From assembly GCF_004010195.1 (NCBI RefSeq), contig NC_057719.1, positions 22,283,174-22,347,173 on the forward strand: a stretch of 64,000 bases of DNA, given 5' to 3'. Below the pieces are notes generated by a model. The model was not told where the DNA came from. It searched no databases and worked only from the letters and a program-made list of their open reading frames with translations. Shown here piece after piece: positions 24,571 to 37,642 of this stretch (positions are counted from its first letter, which is position 1; every line of letters starts with the position of its first letter). This stretch comes from Chiloscyllium plagiosum (Eukaryota). A program made the translations under genes and the position numbers.

Positions 24571-25777
24571 TAAGACAACAGTCATAATTTAGTAACTTTA
24601 TTTTTCAAGTAACTCATGCATATTTGACTGATGGTCCTAAAATACCTTCCATTTTTGAAATCTCAGCTCTCAGTTCATTTCCATCACAAAATCACAAAAC
24701 TCAAAGGTCACATCCACGCAGTAATTATTCCAATTACCACATCTTGGATCTTAATCTCACATTTAAATAAACCACTCTCACAGTGTTCAATACAATAGCA
24801 TCTACTAATTTTTCTCCAGTTCCTGATAATGTGCAGCCTTAAGCTACTTTATTTGTAAGTAATTTGTAATTTCAGTGATTTCAAGATTTTATTGGTTCAT
24901 TGTTAGCTGAATGTTGCATTGTTGGCAGGTTTATTTCATTTTATTTGCAGCCTCCCATTTTTCCCTGTTCCTTGTTGTTCCCTCAGTCATCCACTGTCTC
25001 CTTACAAACCTTCTGTCTCCCTATCTTTATTGCAGCCTCCCTCTCTTTCTGTCTCCAATCTGCTTTGAAGATTTCCTCTCTTTTCCGTCCCTCTTGTGTC
25101 CTCCCATTTAACCACTGCAACCTCCCTATCACAAGCAGCCCCTTGTATCCTCTTTGTCACTCTATAATCTCCTTGCAGCCTCCCTCCCTACCAGCTCTTG
25201 GTTTTCCTTTCTCACCAGGCCATCTTCCAAGAATCTTCTCCCCTACAATTACTTGCAGAGTCCTTTGTCCCCCTCTCCCACACAATGGTCTCCCTTTAAG
25301 CCCATTCTGGACAGATGGAAGCCCCCACTAGCAGAAGGAATACTCAGAACTAGTGAAAGACACTGCCCTCCAAGACTCAGTTAAAGACACCAATTTAGCT
25401 TTGGAAAAAGTGGCCCCCACCCAAGCTGGCAAAAGGTGGCCCTTTTCCAATCCCCGCTTTAAGCAAAAGATTCCCAGTTCAAAGGTCAAGGCCCCAGGTA
25501 AAATGTGTCTCAAATTTTCCTGGTGACACGCGAGCTTTCCCTATTCCTGATAGGACTAATGGATGATCCTTGCATCAGGGACTCCATCTGTCTTGCCGCC
25601 ATTTCTGATCGGTTCACTATTAAACCCATCAGCAACATACACAGGACAAAAGCAGTGACTGTAGAAGTAGCTCTTCCCTCGATTCAACCTACATTTGAAT
25701 GCCATAACTTCAAAGATTATACTGACTGCTGTCAAGTGGTTCACTAATTCTAAGCCATTGGTGAAAGCAATATGATT

Positions 25778-26050
25778 TTCTTATTCATTCAAGGAATGTG
25801 GGTGTCACGGTATCAGTCAACATTTATTGACCATCTCTTATTGCCCAGAGAGTTCTTAAGAGACAACCATTTTGCTATAGTTCTGGAGTCATATGACAGG
25901 CCAGATCAAGTAGGGTTGCCAATTTCTTGTCCTAAAGGACATAAGTGAACCAGATGGGTATTTTTTACAACAAATAAAAAAACAGTGATTACACTAGACT
26001 AGCTTTTTATCCCAGATTTTTATCAAATTCAAATTTCATCTTCTGCCACC
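25778..26050 (-). mobile_element. SINE-like short element sharing body and tail with the adjacent LINE
   Basis: Minus strand: cccatctggttcacttatgtcctttagga...tgactccaga...gggcaataagagatggtcaataaatg...cccacattccttgaatgaataag. Confidence 0.75.
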
Positions 26051-26070
26051 AGCCCAGAGTTAGGGATTAT

Positions 26071-29000
26071 TAAATTGAAATCAATAAAATGTACCTGGTA
26101 TTAAGAATCAACTGATGACCATGAAACCATTGTTGATTGTCAGAAAAACCCATCTGGTTCACTACTGTTTGTCAATGAAGGAAACATCCTCTCCTGATCT
26201 GGACTCTATGTGACTCCAGTCACAGCAATGTAGTTGACTCTCAATTATGCTCTGAAATGGCTGGACAAGTTATTCAGTTGTATCAATTGCTACAAAATCT
26301 CAAAGCAATTAGACCGGACAGATCAACTTGCATAAACCTTGGCATCAGAAAAGACAAAAGTAGAAACACCCCTATCAGCCCTACAAAATCCTCCTCACTA
26401 ACATCTGAGGGTTAATGCAAAAATTGGGAGAGCTGTCTCACAGACTGGTCAAGCAACAGTCTAACATAGTCATACTCACGGAACCATACCTTACAGACAC
26501 TGTCCCAGACATCAGCATCACCATCTCTGGATATGTCCTGTCCCACTGGCAGGACAGACTCAGCAGAGGTGGTGACACCATGGTATGCAGCCAAGAGAGA
26601 GTTGCCCTAAGAGTCCTTAACATCAACTCTGGATCCATGAAGTCTCATGTCTACAGGTTAAACAGGTTAAGCAAAGAAACCTCCTGCTGGTTACCACATA
26701 CCATTCCTCTGTCAGCTGATGAATCAGTACTCCTCCTTGTTGAATGACACTTGAAGGAAGCATTGAGGATGACAAGGGCACAAAATGTGCTCTCGGTGGG
26801 GGATTTCACTGTGACTCAGCAGCAGTACTACTGATCATGCCGGTCAGGTTCTAAAGGATATGGCTGCTGGATCTGCAGCAGGTAGTGAATGAACTTATAA
26901 GATGGAAAAACATCTTTGGACTTCATCCTTACCAATTTGTTGCCTGCAGATGCATCTGTCAATGACAGTATTAGTAAGGGTGACCACCATACAGTCCTTG
27001 TGGAGACAAAATACTGCCTTCACAGATACCATGCTCCATTGTATTGTGTGGCCTATTGTCATGCTAAATGGGTGCTTCAAACAGATCTAGCAACTCAAAT
27101 CTGGGTATCCATGAGATGCTGTGGGCCATCGACAGCAGCAGAATGTTACTCCAGCACAATCTGCAATCTCATGGCTCAGCATATCCCCCATTTCACCATT
27201 ACCATCAAGGCAGGGGATCAACCGTGGTTCAATAGACAGTGCAGGAGAGCATGCCAGGAGCAGCACTAGGCATAACTGAAAATGAGGTGTCAACCTGGTG
27301 AAGGTACCTAATAGGACCACGTGCACATCAGACAGTAAGTGGCAGACAGCTAGCAATCCCACAAACAACAAATCTGATCTAAGCTCCGCAGTGTTGCCAC
27401 ATCCAATCATGAATGGTGGTGGACAATTAAACAACTCACTGGAAGAGGAGGCTCCACAAGTATCTCTATCCTCATTGATGGAAGAGACCAGCACATCAGT
27501 GCAAAAGATAAGGCTGAATCATTTGAGTGGATGATCTATCTCAGCCTCCTCCAGCGGTCCCAGAATTACAGATGCCAGTCTTCAGCCAATGCGATTCACT
27601 CCATGTGATATCAAAAAGCAGTAGGATACAATGGATACTGCAAAGGCTCTGGCTAGGGTACTGAAGACTTGTGCTCCTGAACTTGTCACTCCCCTAGCCA
27701 AGCTGTTCCAGTACAGTTGCAACACTGACATCTACCTGACAATGTGTAAAATTGCCCAGGTCTGTCAAGTACAAAAAAAAAGGGCAATTCCAATCCAACT
27801 AATTACTGCCCCATCAGTCTAATGTCGGTCATCAGTAAAGTGATGGAAGGTGTCATCAATGGTGCTATCAAGCAGCACCTGCTCAGCAATAGCTGCTCAG
27901 TGACACCCAGTTTGGGTTCCTCTAGGGTCACTCAGTTCCTGACCTCATTATAATTTTGGTTCAAACATGGACAAAAGCGCTGAACTCCAGAGGTGAGGTA
28001 AGATTGACATCCCTTGACATCAAGGCTGCATTCAACTGAGTGTGGCATCAAGGAGCCCTGGCAAAACTGGAATCATTGAGTATCCAGGGAAAATTTTCCA
28101 TTGGTCATACCTGACACATAGGAAGATGGTTGTGATTCTTGGACGTTAGTCTTCTCAGATCCAGGACGTCTCTGACGGAGTTCCCCAGGGTGCTGTCCTC
28201 GCCCAAATGTCTTCAGCTGTTTCATCAATGACTTTCCCTCCATCATAAGGTCAGGAATGGGGATGTTCACCCATGATTGCACAATGTTCAGCATCATTCC
28301 CAACTTCTCACATACTAAATGTTCAAATGCAAGATCTGACAATATTCGGGCTTGAGCTGAAAAGTGGCGAATAGCATTCATGTCACACAAATGCCAGGCA
28401 ATGGCCATCTCAAATAACAGACAATCTGAATACCACCACTAGACATTCAATGTTACCATCACTGAATCCCCTACTATCAACTTCCTGGGGGTCACCATTG
28501 ACTAGAAACTTAGCTGGACTCTCCACATAATCACAGTAGCTACAAGAGCAGCTCAGAGGCTCAGAAAACCATGCCCTAAAACTCTCTTCATGACTCTCCA
28601 AATCCTGTGTATCTACAAGGCACAGTCAGGAGTGTGATGGAATACTCCCTTCTTGCCTGAATGAGTAGAGCTCCAACAACACTCACAAAACTTGACACCA
28701 TCAAGGACAAAGCAGCCCACTTGATTGACACGAATCCACAAGCATCCATTCCCTCCACCACCGAAACTCAGTAGCAGCAGTGTGTAGTATTTAAAAGCTG
28801 CACTGCAAAAATTCAAAGATCCTCAAAGAGCACCTTCCAAACCCAGGACCACTTCCATCCAGAAGGACAAGGGCAGCAGATACATGGGAATACCACCACT
28901 TTTAAGTTCCCCTCCAAGCCATTCACAATCCTGACTTGGAAACATTGCTGTTCCTGCACTGGTTGCTGGATCAAAATCCTGGAATTCCCTCATTAAGGGA

Positions 29001-29131
29001 ATTGTGGGTCACTCCACAACAGGTGGAATGCAGCGGTTCAGGTATGCAGCTCATGACAACCATTTCAAGGGCAACGCGCGACAGCTGAATGCTAGCCAGC
29101 CAGCAATACCTACATCCCACAAATAAATAAA
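26071..29131 (+). mobile_element. Near full-length degraded single-ORF LINE (CR1/Jockey group, distinct from the CR1 at 1812)
   Basis: APE motifs KLGELSHRLVKQQSNIVILTEPYL, DFILTNL, GDHHTV; linker QPWFNRQC; RT motifs VLKTCAPEL, NYCPISL, QFGF, LDIKAAF, GVPQG, FINDFP; 3' tail ending cacaaataaataaa. No ORF1 visible. Confidence 0.85.
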
Positions 29132-29199
29132 ATGACATGTTGTGAAATCATATAGTTGTACAGGCTAGTCTGTCTCAAATATCTGTCATAAAATGACAG

Positions 29200-30092
29200 A
29201 GATGAGGGAAGTGCATGTACTACTGCCAAGTTTGCACATAACGTAAACATAGGTGTGAAGGTAAGTGGTGACCGTGACACAGAGTTTGCAGAAGGCTAGA
29301 GACAGGTTAAGTGAGTTGGCAAAAACTTGGCAGATTGAGCACAATATAGAGAAATGTGAGGTTATGCACTTTGGCTTGAAAAATAGAGAAGCTGAATATT
29401 ATTTGATCAGGGAAAGACTGCAGAAAGCTACAGAAAAAAGGGAGTTTGGAGTCATCATCCCATGAATCTCACATTTTTAGCAGGCAACAAGGAAGGTTGA
29501 TTTTTTATTTCAAAGGAAACAGAGTATAAAATCGGCAGGTTTTGATGAACCAATACAAGGCATACGTCAAATCATGGTTGAAATACTCATAGAACACCTC
29601 TGGGTCCTTTATCAATGAAAAGATAGACTGGCATTGGAGACAGTCCAGAAAAGGTTCATTATGATACCAGGCATGATGGGACTGTCTTATGAAAAGAGAT
29701 TGAGTAATTTGGGTCTGTACGCATTGAAATTTAGAAGAATGAGAGCTAACCTTATTAAACCATGCAATATTCTTAGCAAACTTGACAGGGTAGGTGTAGA
29801 AAGGTTGCTTACCTTGTGGGAGAGGGCATAATGTCAAATAAGTAGCCTCACATTTAAGACAGAGGAAAAGAGGAATTTCTTTTGTCAGAAGATTGTGAAC
29901 CTATGGAAATCTTTACTGCAGAGAGCTGTTAAGGTTGGGTCATTAAGTAGATTCAACGCTGATAGAGGGCTTTAGGCAGTGAGGGAATCAACAGTTATGG
30001 GGGAAAGGCAGGAAAGTGGAATTGAGGTTTATCAGATCAGCTTATGATCTCACTGAATGTCAGAGCAGAACCAATGGATTTTATGACCTACC
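29200..30092 (+). mobile_element. Old CR1 3' fragment
   Basis: WQIEHNIEKCEVMHFG and VQKRFI..IPGMMGLSYEKRLSNLGLY. Confidence 0.85.
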
Positions 30093-30099
30093 ATCTTCT

Positions 30100-30862
30100 G
30101 TCCATGAGCCCTAGCAAAGTTAGAATGAATGGGAATCAAGAAGATAAATCTTCTTAGGTTGGAATGACTCCTCGCACAAAAGACGATTGTTGTGGTTGTT
30201 GGAGGCCTGTCATTTCAGCTCCAGGATATCTCTACAGGTGCTCCTCAGCTGCTTCATCAAAGACCTTCTCTTCATCTTAAGGTCAGAATATTTTCTGGTG
30301 ATTGCACAGCAGGATTTGTGACTTCTTGATTCAGAAGCAGTCCATACCCAAAAACAGCACGACCTGGACAATATTCAGGCTTGTGCAAGTAACATTCACA
30401 CTACACAATTGATATTTAATGACATTGCTATCACTGAATACCCCACAGAACTTAAGCAGAACTTAATCAAAACCTTCTAAAAAATCCAAGCAAAAAACCT
30501 CTTATCAACTCTACTAGTTACATCCTCAAAGGTTATTAGTAGATTTATCAAGCATGGTTTTCCTTCCATGAAACTATGTTGACTCTGCCCAATCAAGTCA
30601 CTGTTTCCCAAGTGCTCTGCTTTAAATACATTACAATGGCCTCTTGCATTTTCTCCATTACCAATATTAGACTAACCAGTCACCAGTCACTGTCACTGAA
30701 GCTAACCTCTGGAACTACCTTCCCAACAATACCATTGGTGTCCCTCCATCACACGAAATTACAGCAATTCAAGATGGCAGCTCAACATTATCTTCTTGAA
30801 AGCAATTAGGGATGGGAATAAATACTAGCCTAGTTAGCAACACCACATCCTGTGAATAAAAC
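30100..30862 (+). mobile_element. Fragments of the 26071-type LINE (RT part and 3' tail) interleaved with a minus-strand CR1 piece
   Basis: gagccctagcaaag...cagctgcttcatcaa matches 28050-28230; tail gcaattagggatgggaataaat...cacatcctgtgaataaaa. Confidence 0.6.
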
Positions 30863-31601
30863 TGTTGGTCTCACTAAAAGAAATGACACAATGGTTGGCG
30901 TGTGAGATGGGGAAATATAATCTCACTGGTATAATTCTGGGTTCTTTTCTGAGTGGGACAAAAGACGTCAATGGCATTTTAATCTGCACCCCGGGCTCTA
31001 ATGGTGTAGTGGTTCTATCCCTACCTCTGAACCAAAAGGTTCAACTCCCACCTTCTCTACATGTGTGTAATAACATCTGAGCAGGTTGATTCATAAAATC
31101 CTGCTATAGGCTAACTTGGTAAAGCCATGATCTTAATTATACCCATGAGTTGAAATTAGCAGATTTCTGTCCAAAGACTGCACCTTGTAAAAATTGAAGC
31201 CATGGGTATTTTAACCTATGAATTTTACTTAAATGACGTTAATTAATTTCTCACCCAGTCTGCATGGTACAGAGGTCCCATACCAGAAATTACGTAAAAT
31301 GTATAACACAGAAACCAGCCTTTCCATACAACTGAGTTACATCAGTGTTTATACTCACCACAAGCCTCCTCTCATTTTATTTCATCTCATGGATCTGCAT
31401 ATCCTTTTATTACACTCTCCGAGCACTTCCCATAAAGGCATCCATGTTATTCATCTCAACTACTCCAGGTGGAATCAAATTGCACCTTCTCATCATTTTT
31501 TGATCTTAGAAGATTTTCCAGAATTCCTTATTAGATTTATTAGTGACTGTCTTAGATTTATGGCCCCTATTTTTGAGTTACCACTCATTGTCAATATCTG
31601 A

Positions 31602-32940
31602 GAGTCTTAGAGTCATGCAGCACGGAAACAGACCCTTTGATCCAGCTAATCCACACTGACTATGTCCCTAAACCAAGCTAGTCCCATTTGCCTGAATTGG
31701 GGCCAATTCCCTCCAAACTTTTCCTATTCCTGTCCTTATCCAAATGTCTTTTAAATGTTGCAAATGTATCTGCATCCACCACTTTCTCTGACACATATAA
31801 TCTGTATAAAAAAAGTTACCCTTCATGTCCTTTTTAAATCTTCCTCTTCTCACGTTAAACTATGCCCCTAGTTTTTAACTCCCCCATCTAGAGAAAAGAC
31901 TCTTGATAATAACCTTATCTATGCCCATCATGATTTTATAAACCTCGATAAGGTCACCCTTCAACCTTCAATGAAAAATGTCTCAGCCTATCTTTATAAC
32001 TCAAACATTCCATTCCAGGCAACATCCTGGTAAATGTTTCCTGAACCCTCACCAATTTAATAATATCCTTCCGATAACAGGATGATCAGAATTTCACACA
32101 GTACTCCATAAGAGGCCTCACCAATATCCTGTTTAACCTCAGCATGATGCCCCAACTCCTATGCTCAAAGATCTGAACAATGAAGGCAAGCATGCTAAAT
32201 GCCTTCTTTATCACCCTGCCTACATGTGATGCAAATTTCAAAGAATTATGTACCTGAACCCTTGGTCTCTCTTTTCTATAACATTACCCAGGATTCTATT
32301 ATTAGTTGTACAAGTTCTGCCTTTGTTGTTTTACCAAAATGCAAAACTTAACATTTATCTAAATTAAACTCCATCTGCCATTCCTCAGCCCATTAACCCA
32401 ATTGATCAACATACCCTTGTAATCTTAGGTAACCCTCTTCATTGTCGACTATACCACCAACTTTGGTGTCATCTGCAAACTTACTAACCATGTCTCCTAA
32501 ATTATCATCTAAATCATTTCCATTAATGACAAATAAAAGTAGACCCAGTACTGACCTCTGTGGAACACTGCTGGTCACAGGCCTCCAGTCTGAAAAACAA
32601 CCTTTCACTACCACCCTCCATCGCTTACCTTCAAGCCAATGTTGTATCCAATTAGCAAGCTCACCCTGAATCCCACGTGATTTAATTTTACTCAGTACTC
32701 TATCATGTGGAACGTTGTCAGAGCCTTTACTAAAGTCCATGTAAATGTCTACCATTCTGCCCTCAATCTTTTTGTCACTTCCTCACAAACTCAATCGAGT
32801 TTGTGAGACACAGTTTCCCTCGCACAAAGCCATGTTGACTTTTTAATCAGTCATTGCTACTCTAAATGCATGTAAATACTATCTTTCAGTATCACCTCCA
32901 ACAACCTTCCCATCACCAATGTCAGATTTATAGGTCCATA
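31602..32940 (-). mobile_element. CR1 LINE 3' portion
   Basis: VDIYMDFSK, WRPVTSSVPQ, KFADDTK on the minus strand; tail at about 31602-31620. Confidence 0.9.
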
Positions 32941-33289
32941 TGTCTACTCTACCAAACCTCTTTATCAATTTAAAGGCCTCTGTTAGGTCACCCATCAACC
33001 CTCTCATTTCTAAAATGAGATATTCTACTTTTACCAAAGACAACAGTCAGGGCTGCTTTTTAACAAAGTGGCTGTGACTGTATAATGTTATCTTAATACA
33101 TCTTTGGATTATCCGTTTAGATTTTGTGTTCAAGTCTTTGATGTTGGAGGTTTTATGAATATGACCACGAAGCCACAGCTTCACACAGGCCATGCTTGTC
33201 CTTAAGTTGTACTAGGCACCATTTCTTGATCAACAGGTCTCACAGACTTCTTTGCCAGTGTCATTCTGAAAGCAATTGCTGTGTTCATA

Positions 33290-33862
33290 AGATCATAGAA
33301 TCATTAAGTGCAAAAAGAAGCCCTTTGACCCATTGAGTCTGCCCCAACAAACAGCTGCTCTAAATCTATAGTATCCAATCTCCCAGCACTTGGCCCAAAG
33401 CCTTGAATGTATGATATTTCAAGTGCCCATCCAAGTACTTTTAAAGGTTGTGAGGTTTCCCTCCTCTGCTATCCTGCCAGACACTACTTTATGGTGAATA
33501 CAATTTTCCTGAATTTCCCTCTAACTTCCTTCCTTTCACTTTAAAACCATATCCCCTTGTTACTGGCACATCAACTGAGGGGAACAGCTGCTTTCCATCT
33601 GTCCTGTGCATGCCTCTCAACTTCATACATCTCAATCAGATCCCATCTGAGCCAGCACTTGTCCAGCCGCTCTTCATAACTAAACTGCTCCATCCGAGGC
33701 AACATCCTGGTGAAGCTCCACTACACCCCCTCAGGAGCAAACACGTCTTTCCTATAGTGTGGTGACTAGAACTGCACACAGTACATCAGCTGTGGCTGAA
33801 CTAAAGTTCTGTTCACCTCCAACATAGCCTCCGCTTGTGTGATGTATGCCAAAAATGATAAA
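33290..33862 (-). mobile_element. Old CR1 3' fragment
   Basis: atcatagaatcat tail; ggcaacatcctggtgaa and agaactgcacacagtac are reverse-complement CR1 ORF2 hallmarks. Confidence 0.7.
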
Positions 33863-35797
33863 GTGGAGTTGGTATTTGCTCCTTGCTTGCTCACCCAACA
33901 AAGCACGGGGCACTTCACTATATAAACCAGTGAATAAAACATCTCAGTAATTATTGATTGAACTGAAAACTATTTTGTTTGTAATAAGTTGATCAACTGT
34001 AAGGAGTTCAGACTTGTAAATGCGTATTGGAACCAGTCTCAAGCAGCTTTTAAAAGTAAATTGGTTTAGTAAACCCACCCAATTATCCAATTTATAACTT
34101 GTGTGTGAATAACTGGATGTAAAACAATCTGACCTTTTGCTTCGGTGGTTCTGAACGGGGAATGTGGGTGTGTTATTTTTCGTTTACTTTCTCCAGCTTC
34201 ACTTGGGCAGTAAAATCACTCTAAGAAATTAAACAGTTCTGGGGCTGTACAGTCTCCATATCCAGCTGCTCCACAAGTCTGGTGTTGATGAAGTAGGTGT
34301 AAAAACAGACCCACAGATTACCAACTCAAGCAGAAAGGAATGCTTGCCTCTTCACCGATAACACAGCAAAGGAAAAGTTCAAAACTAAATGTTGATGCCT
34401 TCAGTTTCAACTTTTAAGGAACAAAGTGACAGGGTGATAACATAATGTAAGAAATGCTTGATACGCATGAAGTGTGATGCCAAAAAAAATCTAACACTGC
34501 TCAATAATCACATGTCATCTTTTGTTCAATGACACACTCTTTAAAGCTTTCTTATCAGTTTTCTGCATACTGTGAATTCTTTCTATGGGCTTTCATTTGG
34601 CTTATGGTATATAAATCATCTCAGGGAACATAAGAACACATTAAGCAAGTCACAGTGCCAGAATTCTGAGTCTGCTGGTTTGGTGTTCTTTAATGAAGGG
34701 TGATGCGATTACAAGTGGAAGGAATGTAGGAGCTATCATTAGTGTGTCTGGTAATGGCAAACTCTGCAATTACTGATAAGCTGCTCTTTGAACTAACTAT
34801 TAAAGGAAGACTGAAGCTGTGAATTTCTCAGCTTTTTGAAGTTAGGGCAAACATTTCACAAGTAGGAAAAGTACTCAAAGAAATCTATCTCAACAGTTCA
34901 TATTCCACATCTTAAATTTGATTATCATTATAATATACCTACAATCTGAAGTCAGGGTGTGTAAACACAGTATATTCCACAACTTCTCTTCTCACCTGAA
35001 AGCACTGAGTCCTGTTGGAAAACAGTTCATGGATGATGACAGTTCCCAAAGATCCTAGTATTCACTGTCAGTAGCTGCCCCAATACCAATTTGAATGAGC
35101 TCAGAGAGGCGGTCACTTTTAATCCCTCACCCCACTCTTCAGCTCAGCGGGAACAATGCATGGGAAAGGTTAAAAATCAATCAAGCTCAGTGGCGTTTTA
35201 TTTTACGTTGACTTTAGTTAGTTCAAAGAGTATTTCCCACTGTGGAAAGGTGAAGGCCTAAATTAAATCCAGAAGTCCTACTGCAATGATAAAATCAACA
35301 AAGCTTCAGCAAACTTTTGCGAAGTCCCAGGGACCCAAGCATTGTTGAACCTTGATTCCAGGGACAAAGAACCACTGCCTGAAAACCTGAAACGCTCAGG
35401 GTATGTACCATTACTGAGATATTGTAGAATTCGTTGAGAGCTAAGAGGAACAGGAAGTACTATTCTGACCACCAGAAAGAATCCTTAGGTTCCTGTGCTG
35501 TAACAATCCCAACACCATCGTCTTTTTTGCACTCACCCACCCTGTCTCTCCTAAACTTTCTAATACCGGGAACCATTTCTTTGGATGCCTGGTGGTGGCA
35601 CCATCTGTCCTGAATCCTCTTCCCCCATCTGCCCAGCATCCATTAGGCAATTCCCTCATTTGGGAGACCAAATACGTAGGTAAGATTGCAGTTGGATATT
35701 TAAATCTAACAGGCCTTGCCTCCTGCTGAACATATGTGAGCACCTAGCCCATCATCTCTGCAACAAGTCCGCCATAACTTTAAAACTCCAGTCTGCC

Positions 35798-36218
35798 ATT
35801 TAGCACTGCTGCTTCATGGCACCAGGGATCCAGGTTCGATTCCAGCCTCAGGCAACTGTGTGGAGTTTGCGCATTCTGTGTAGGTTTCCACCGGGTGCTC
35901 TGGCAGTCCAAAGATGTGTGGACTTGCTTGATTGGTCACATTTAATTGCCCCATAGTGTCCAGAGATGTGCAGGCTAGCTTCATTCCTGATGAAGTGCTT
36001 TTGCCCAAAACGTCGATTTTCCTGCCCCTCACATGCTGCCTGACCTGTTGTGCTTTTCCAGCACCACTCTAATCTAGATTAGCCATAGTAAATGCGAGAT
36101 TACAGATATAGGGTGGGGAAGAGGGTCTGGGTGGGTGCTCTTCAGAGGGTCAGTGCAGACTCGATGGGCTAATGGCTTCTTTCTGCACTGTAGGAATTCT
36201 ATGATTCTATGATTCTAT
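35798..36218 (+). mobile_element. HE1-related SINE with a nested family A PLE insertion
   Basis: ttagcactgctgc..caggttcgattcc..tgtgtggagtttgc; tail (ttctatga)n. Confidence 0.8.
35980..36078 (+). mobile_element. Short PLE-derived insertion (family A) with a mutated hammerhead motif
   Basis: ctgatga-agtgc-tttt-gccc-aaaacgtc at 35987-36014; GAAA changed to AAAA. Confidence 0.85.
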
Positions 36219-36599
36219 TCACCGCAGTACCACAACCAACCCCTGATCTCATCCTTAAACAACATTCATATACCCACTTTCCCACAGGTGGCACAGAATG
36301 TTAATTCATTGTACGTCACACACTGGCAAGTTTCAACAGGAGAAGACATACCAGAATAATTATTTCATTTACTAATACCCCTCTGGAACAGAAATCCAGG
36401 TTATTTCCCCAACCTCAGCTCCCCTCAGCAACACCCAAACATTTCTCTTTACTGAAATTATGCTAATTCTTCAATCATACCATACTGGATTTCATGGTTT
36501 AGTTTCATGTTAGATAGAGGTTTGAACATGAGAGCTATGGAGAAAGATGTCAGGCTGTTTTTTTAAAACCAACATTTAACCGTACTAACTTGAATATCA

Positions 36600-37062
36600 C
36601 TAAATAAAGAGACATGTTGTTGAAGCTTTTTGTTTTTATACACATCAGGACCAAATGCAAGAATGCCTAATTTCAAGTAAATTGTATCACAGCGAGAAAG
36701 AATGTCAATGTCTTATCCATTTAGGATCAACTTACCAGTTCCCTTTTCTCTTGTAATATAAACTGTGTGATTACTTTAAATCTGGTATTCTTGTATTTGT
36801 CCTGATGTAAAGTTATTATAGTCTTACCAGACCAGAGGGCTGCTCTGTTATTAGACGGATATGACTGATGGTGGTTAAACCTGAGGGTCACCATGCCTCA
36901 GGTGAGGGATGAGGTTGAGAAGGAGAGTCTTTCATGCCACCTCAGCTTGCATGGGAATTGAACAATTCAATTCTGCATCACAATCCAGCCATACAGCCAA
37001 CAGAGCTAACTGACTGATTTAGTTAGTGTGTTGGATGAAAAACTTTAGCAACATGTCGATTT
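36600..37062. mobile_element. Old inverted-repeat element with degenerate hammerhead-like motifs, interrupted by a SINE
   Basis: Left arm gacatgttgttgaagct...catcaggaccaaatgcaagaatgcc. Right arm ggtattcttgtatttgtcctgatg [SINE] agtgtgttggatgaaaaactttagcaacatgtc. Confidence 0.55.
36808..37020 (-). mobile_element. tRNA-headed SINE, second family
   Basis: Reverse complement matches 24074-24222 (cctcaggtgagggatgaggttgagaaggagagtctttcatg). Confidence 0.7.
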
Positions 37063-37064
37063 TT

Positions 37065-37300
37065 GAAGTGCAGCCATTGTTGTAAAGTTGGAAACATGGT
37101 ACATCAGCCACATCCTTCAAACAGCAATATGATAAATGATCATGAATTCCATTTTATGATGTTAATTTGGCCTTAAATATCAACCAGGGGGGCGAGGAGA
37201 GCAGCCTTACTGTTCTTCAAAATATTGGAGTGGGATTTTTATGTCCACATGAGGGAAAACAGGATCTGAGGTAACCTTTCATATGAGAGACAACACCTTG
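37065..37300 (-). mobile_element. Old Deu-domain-type SINE fragment
   Basis: Similar to 16965-17245 (ttcttcaaaata..tgggatttttatgtccacatgag). Confidence 0.5.
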
Positions 37301-37329
37301 AAAAAAAGCAATGCATGAAAACAATGCAT

Positions 37330-37642
37330 GGAGCAGCACGGTGGCTCAGTGGTTAGCACTGCTGCCTCACAGCACGAGGGTCCCAGGTTCGATTCCAGCC
37401 TCGGATGACTGTCTGTGTGGAGTTTGCACATTCTCCCCATGTCTGCGTGGGTTTCCTCCAGGTGCACCAGTTTCCTCCCACAGTCCAAAGATATGCGGTT
37501 CAGGTGAACTGGCCATGCTAAATTGCCCGTAGTGTTAGGTGCATTAGTCAGAGGGAAATGGGTGGGTTACTCTTCAGAGGGTCGGTGTGGAGTTGTTGGG
37601 CTGAAGGGCCTGTTTCCACATTGTAGGACATCTAATCTAATC
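37330..37642 (+). mobile_element. HE1-type SINE
   Basis: gtggctcagtggttagcactgctgcctcacagc, B box ggttcgattcc, (aatct)n tail. Confidence 0.9.

Noticed and set aside
24900..25331. 143-aa Pro/Ser/Leu-rich ORF
   Set aside because: Arises from pyrimidine-rich low-complexity sequence that lacks stop codons.
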